From Candidatus Zhuqueibacterota bacterium (GTDB lineage Bacteria; Zhuqueibacterota; Zhuqueibacteria; Thermofontimicrobiales; Thermofontimicrobiaceae), in NCBI GenBank assembly GCA_049322915.1, contig JBMOPW010000007.1, forward strand, positions 308,246 to 372,245: DNA of 64,000 nt. The letters are read 5' to 3'. The notes under the pieces were generated by a model. That model had not been told where the DNA came from. It saw nothing but the letters and a program-made list of their open reading frames with translations, and made no database searches. The position numbers were made by a program, and so were the translations under genes. Positions 61,482 to 64,000 of the stretch are shown in pieces (within the stretch, counting starts at the first letter, position 1; every line of letters begins with the position of its first letter).

Positions 61482-61642
61482 CCTGAATTATTCATGAACT
61501 TGCTCAGAATTTGAGTCGACATTCAGATTTTCAATTAGCTAAAGGCTAAGCTATTTTGTAACTCAGTTTATTTACGTTTATTCTAAAAAGAGCACCATTC
61601 AGGTTAGCCAGCCTCCTTTAAAAATACTATGAATAATGCAGG
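61482..61642. mobile_element. 161-bp MITE-like or IS-end remnant
   Basis: Ends CCTGAATTATTCAT and ATGAATAATGCAGG form a 13/14 inverted repeat; AT-rich noncoding interior; no clear TSD. Confidence 0.5.
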
Positions 61643-61691
61643 CTTTAAAATTTTCTGCCAAAAAAAAGTTTGAAAAATATTGCATCAGATA

Positions 61692-64000
61692 CTAGTTTGT
61701 TCTGGCAGTCCGTTCGATTTTCTGGATGGAAATTCTCAATCGGCGTTGAATGTCTTCGGGCAGTGAGGCGCTTTGCAGCGATTGCAACGCGTTCAGGGCT
61801 TTTTCTGTCTTGAAAGAGCCGAGAATTGTGATGGCTTTTTTCTTCAAATGCAGGTCATCTTCAGCCAACAGCTCGATCAGGAGTTGCTCCGCCCGGGCAT
61901 TCCCGATGCCGCAATCGTTGAGTAAGGACAGCGCGCTGAAGCGACGATAGGATGATTGGGTGCTGTCCTGCGCAAATCGAACGGCAATGGGCACTGCGCG
62001 TTCGTCTCTGAGCTGTTGCAATGCATGAAACGCAGCCGAGCGAATGGCATCGTCATCAGAGTCCATGTCAATGAATTGCGCGAAAAAGTCGAAGCTCTGT
62101 TCGTCGAAAACATGGCTGAGCGCGTAGATCGCGTTGGCCACGACCGTGTAACTGGAATCCGTTCGGGCAATTTTTCTGAAAAATGGGAGATACTTTTTGT
62201 CATTGAATGTACCCAGCGCCATGACGGCGGCGGCGCGGACTCGGGCATCCGGGTCATGGCAGGCCGCTTCCAGTGCGATTTTCGATGATGGTCGATTGAA
62301 TTCAATGAACAAATAAGCGGCCTCTTTGCGCACCGCCCAAAATGGATCGGAGCCAATGCAGCGCTCCAACGCCTGTGCTGTGGCCGATGTGTCAAATGTC
62401 GCTTCCGGCAAATGCTGCAGGGCGGACAATCGCGCGGCAACGTGGTCGTGATGCTGAAGTTGGTAAATCCATTCCTGCTGCGTTTTGTAGAACGTCACCT
62501 CTTTGAGAATCCGATTGTCGCTGTCAAACAGGACGAGGGTGGGTTTGTTGTTCAATTGAAAAGAAAATGTGTCGCGACGGGAATCCACAAGAATCGTTTG
62601 CTGAAGCCGGCCAGCGCTGTCGGCCAATTCAATTGTCACAGGCATGGTGAACACCAGTGGAACCAGCCCCAGTGAATCCTGCTGGGTTTGTTCGACGAAC
62701 AATTGAAATTGGCCGGTTGAGCCATCCCAGTTGGTTTTAAGGGAAAAAATCGGATGCCCGCCTTTGAAAATCCATTGATCGAAAAACCATTCCAGATCGG
62801 AATGGGCGGTTTGCTCGACGCAGTGTATGAAATCGGCTGTCGTGGCAGTGCCAAAGGCAAACTGGCTCAGGTAGTTTTTCAGGCTGGCGAAAAAGACGGA
62901 ATCGCCCACCACGTACCGCAGCATGTGAAGCACCTGTCCCGCCTTTTGGTATTCGATGGCGTTGAACATTTCTTCCGGATGATGGTAGCTCTCGAAGAAG
63001 ATTGGCTGATGAAATTTGGGATCAGCCATTTCCAGATACAATTTTTGATCTTTGAAGACGGCGTAGTCCGCTTCATCCGGGCTTCCGCTGAACTCTTTGT
63101 ACAAAATTTCCGCGTAGGTCGCAAAGCCCTCGTTCAACCACACGTGCGGCCAGTCGGAACAGGTGACGAGATTGCCAAACCACTGATGCGCTAACTCATG
63201 CGAAACAAGGTCGTCGCTGTCCTGGTCGAGATGCGCACGATCGTCATGGATAGTTTTGTCGTACAGCGATGTGGCGCCGGTATGTTCCATGCCGGCAGCC
63301 TGGTAATTGTGGATGATGATCTGCGCATATTTATTCCACGGGAAGGGATGGCCGAATAGCCGCTCGAAAATCCCGATCATTTTGGGTGTGTTTTCAAAGG
63401 TATTGGCAGCAATGTGTTCCTGGCCCGGGTAGACGTAGTAAAAAAGCGGCAGCGATTTGTAGCGATCTGCAATCTCGACATACTCCCCGGCGACCAGAGA
63501 GATGAGATAGCTGGAATGCGGCTTGTCCTGCAACCAATGATATATCCTCTTTCTGCGATGTGCGTTGTGCCGGGTTGAAACCAGCCGACCATTGGAGAGC
63601 AGAAAAAACGAATCCGGCACTGTGGCCACAATCTCGCTGGTAACCTTATCATCCGGCGCGTCGTAGCAGGGAAACCAGGTGCGCGCTGCGATGGGCTCAG
63701 AGTGGGAGTAAATTTGCACCGGGCAGTCCGGGTCTTCTGCATTGGGCGCATTGAAGTGCAGGCCGCTCGATGGTTGGCAGGTGTAATGGATCGAGATCGT
63801 GATTTTCTCGGAAGTCGAGTACGCCCGGGGCAGCGTAATTTGAAGGACATCCAAATCGGTGGTGAAGGAGAGACTATCCGCTTCATTGAGCAAGATGCTG
63901 AGGATATCCAGTTGCTTCGCGTGTAATTTTATCGTCGTGAGTTTCGATTCAAGCGGTACAATCGTGAGTGTGGCTTTCCCTGAAAGTAATTTCTCCGGCA
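61692..64000 (-). CDS. M1 family aminopeptidase with C-terminal HEAT repeats (5' end lies beyond the window)
   Basis: ARTWFPCYD.P, AGMEH, HELAHQWFG and WLNEGFATY motifs; HEAT-like repeats; frame open to the window edge. Confidence 0.93.
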   Translation of the reverse strand, partial: PEKLLSGKATLTIVPLESKLTTIKLHAKQLDILSILLNEADSLSFTTDLDVLQITLPRAYSTSEKITISIHYTCQPSSGLHFNAPNAEDPDCPVQIYSHSEPIAARTWFPCYDAPDDKVTSEIVATVPDSFFLLSNGRLVSTRHNAHRRKRIYHWLQDKPHSSYLISLVAGEYVEIADRYKSLPLFYYVYPGQEHIAANTFENTPKMIGIFERLFGHPFPWNKYAQIIIHNYQAAGMEHTGATSLYDKTIHDDRAHLDQDSDDLVSHELAHQWFGNLVTCSDWPHVWLNEGFATYAEILYKEFSGSPDEADYAVFKDQKLYLEMADPKFHQPIFFESYHHPEEMFNAIEYQKAGQVLHMLRYVVGDSVFFASLKNYLSQFAFGTATTADFIHCVEQTAHSDLEWFFDQWIFKGGHPIFSLKTNWDGSTGQFQLFVEQTQQDSLGLVPLVFTMPVTIELADSAGRLQQTILVDSRRDTFSFQLNNKPTLVLFDSDNRILKEVTFYKTQQEWIYQLQHHDHVAARLSALQHLPEATFDTSATAQALERCIGSDPFWAVRKEAAYLFIEFNRPSSKIALEAACHDPDARVRAAAVMALGTFNDKKYLPFFRKIARTDSSYTVVANAIYALSHVFDEQSFDFFAQFIDMDSDDDAIRSAAFHALQQLRDERAVPIAVRFAQDSTQSSYRRFSALSLLNDCGIGNARAEQLLIELLAEDDLHLKKKAITILGSFKTEKALNALQSLQSASLPEDIQRRLRISIQKIERTARTN

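Noticed and set aside
1..64000. CRISPR array, prophage, transposase or defence system
   Set aside because: No regularly spaced repeats and no phage, integrase, transposase or defence-like genes recognised

Overview
Gene-dense chromosomal window from a diderm bacterium. Gene content suggests the FCB group, possibly a KSB1/Calditrichota-like lineage (inference). From left to right: (1) an LPS/envelope operon (peptidase MA, lipid A acyltransferase, two GT9 heptosyltransferase-like genes, tsaC, an LMW arginine-phosphatase-like gene, DUF3108, a deoxyhypusine-synthase-like protein); (2) a long minus-strand run, lepA-ABC-lepB-hemW-Cys-rich orphan-proS-era-SpoIID-metalloenzyme-DUF151-AmpG-like MFS-GHL10-DUF2079; (3) DedA and CDF transporter genes; (4) a KinB/AlgB-like sigma54 two-component pair, followed by a candidate sigma54 promoter and a receptor-less STAS-exbB-exbD-exbD-tonB-small membrane protein-PstS-like lipoprotein-TPR-tandem PsbP lipoprotein operon, the best candidate for an uncharacterised system; (5) an 11-subunit complex I (nuoABCDHIJKLMN, no nuoEFG); (6) ICMT-family, Na+/alanine symporter, lactate permease, and M49 and M1 peptidase genes. 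Intergenic regions carry several MITE/REP-like elements, including a 136-bp element with terminal inverted repeats and a 6-bp target-site duplication. I saw no rRNA, tRNA, CRISPR array or transposase. All family calls come from motif recognition by eye; no searches were run.
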